A stretch of 62,748 nt of DNA, filler included, from Syncephalis fuscata S228 (Eukaryota > Fungi > Zoopagomycota), in assembly GCA_025786725.1 (NCBI GenBank). It is 4 parts of 4 records of this genome, joined end to end, with 100 filler letters (N's around TTAATTAATTAA, not from the genome) between each part and the next. Parts side by side here need not be neighbours in the genome. Positions count along the whole stretch, not along the records: positions 58,133 to 62,748 come from JAHLTZ010000342.1; 3 more parts are not named here. The stretch is one strand, 5' to 3'. The notes under the pieces are model-generated. The model made no database searches, was not told the DNA's origin, and saw nothing but the letters and a program-made list of their open reading frames with translations. Below, one piece after another: positions 61,606-62,748 of the stretch. A program made the translations under genes and the position numbers. Every line of letters begins with the position of its first letter. Position 1 is the first letter of the stretch.

Positions 61606-62748
61606 AGTTAGCATACTAGCAGCTGCCCACAAGGTAAAACGATACCGCTAGCACTGCTGTATGGCGCCATACAGCAGGGCGGTATGTAGTACCAAGACTA
61701 GGCATGCTTATACTAATAGACTAACAATGACATATAGCAAGCAAGGCATATACTGAACTTATGGAAACAAGTGCAAGTGGGAACGTGGCTAGTGGATAAA
61801 TGCTGTCAAGTGTGGTGGATGAGAAAGAGGAACGTGTGACGCAAATCGTGTGCTATGCGATCGGCAGTCTGTTTTTATAGTGTGGGTGCAAGTGCTAATG
61901 TAATATGAATAAACAATTATTATGATTGGTGCCAATTGACTTGTTTGACAGCACTCGCCCAGTCAAACTAAACGTTTATTTTATTGAATAATCATTTTCA
62001 TTAAATTATCAAATCATTAGATTATATTATGATTTGGGGTCAAATGACTATATTGATAACATTCGCGTAGTTGAACTGCACATTCAATGTATTGAACATG
62101 ATGGTGGATGGTAAGTGACGTCAATCATCAAATACTCATTGCTGTAAATGTATTGTCCAATATGCATATATCCTCTATTTACTTGCATTATTCACATTCT
62201 GTTTATGCTGTACACTTTTATATATATAATGTCGTTGTACATCGTTATACAGTATATTGACCACACTCTATCGATTGGCGTTGTCCATTTGACCATAGCT
62301 TTATAGTTGAATTGGACATTCATTACACTCATTTTGCTAATTACCATATTACGCAGTCACAATTGGACACACTAAAATATTAATAGTAAATTAACGAAAA
62401 AATATACAGCAAATCCGATTGGTTCTGCGTACTCAGACGACAATTCTGGTTATAATAAGCCAATAAAATGATGTTAAATATTTATTGTTTTTATTCAGAA
62501 TTGTATATGCATATCATAGCAATATTGGTCAAATATTGGTAAAAATAATAAGTATACAAATAAATTTGTTTATTTATTGCTATAATTTGTTTATTATGAT
62601 ATTGTGTTGATTGGTGTATGGTATACTGGCTACTGGGGGTCAATTTGGCCTATTCTAGTGCAGTCATTGCAGTCATTGCAGTAATTTCAGCTAATGACCA
62701 GTCAGTATGGTTCTTGCAGGTCATTACTCGTAGTTCAGCTAGCGTATT

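Overview
AT-rich, intron-rich eukaryotic DNA with short GT-AG introns and CTAAY-type branch points. The gene content points to an early-diverging (non-Dikarya) fungus: cobalamin-dependent methionine synthase, a HAUS1-like gene and a Pps1-like phosphatase. A zoopagomycotan mycoparasite is plausible but this is inference. Three 100-nt N blocks containing TTAATTAATTAA are contig joiners, so the window is four pieces. Contents: an intact Ty3/Gypsy LTR retrotransposon (identical 215-bp LTRs, CATAG target-site duplication, -1 frameshift signal), MetH, a KIN1/MARK-like kinase, MET2, a bacterial-type GH8, two PB1-domain genes, HAPSTR1-like, Pps1-like, GH15, ATG18, WRAP73, two secreted SMP-30 lactonases flanking a trypsin, CAND1, HAUS1, a coiled-coil gene and a repeat-rich terminal contig. 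The main find is invisible to the ORF track. At 1221-7882 a signal-peptide exon ending LVRR is followed by eleven 3-nt micro-exons (YAG|NNN|GTRAG) repeating every 78-84 nt in mutually similar introns, then a terminal exon. This looks like a micro-exon gene for a small secreted peptide, apparently decayed and split by the retrotransposon.
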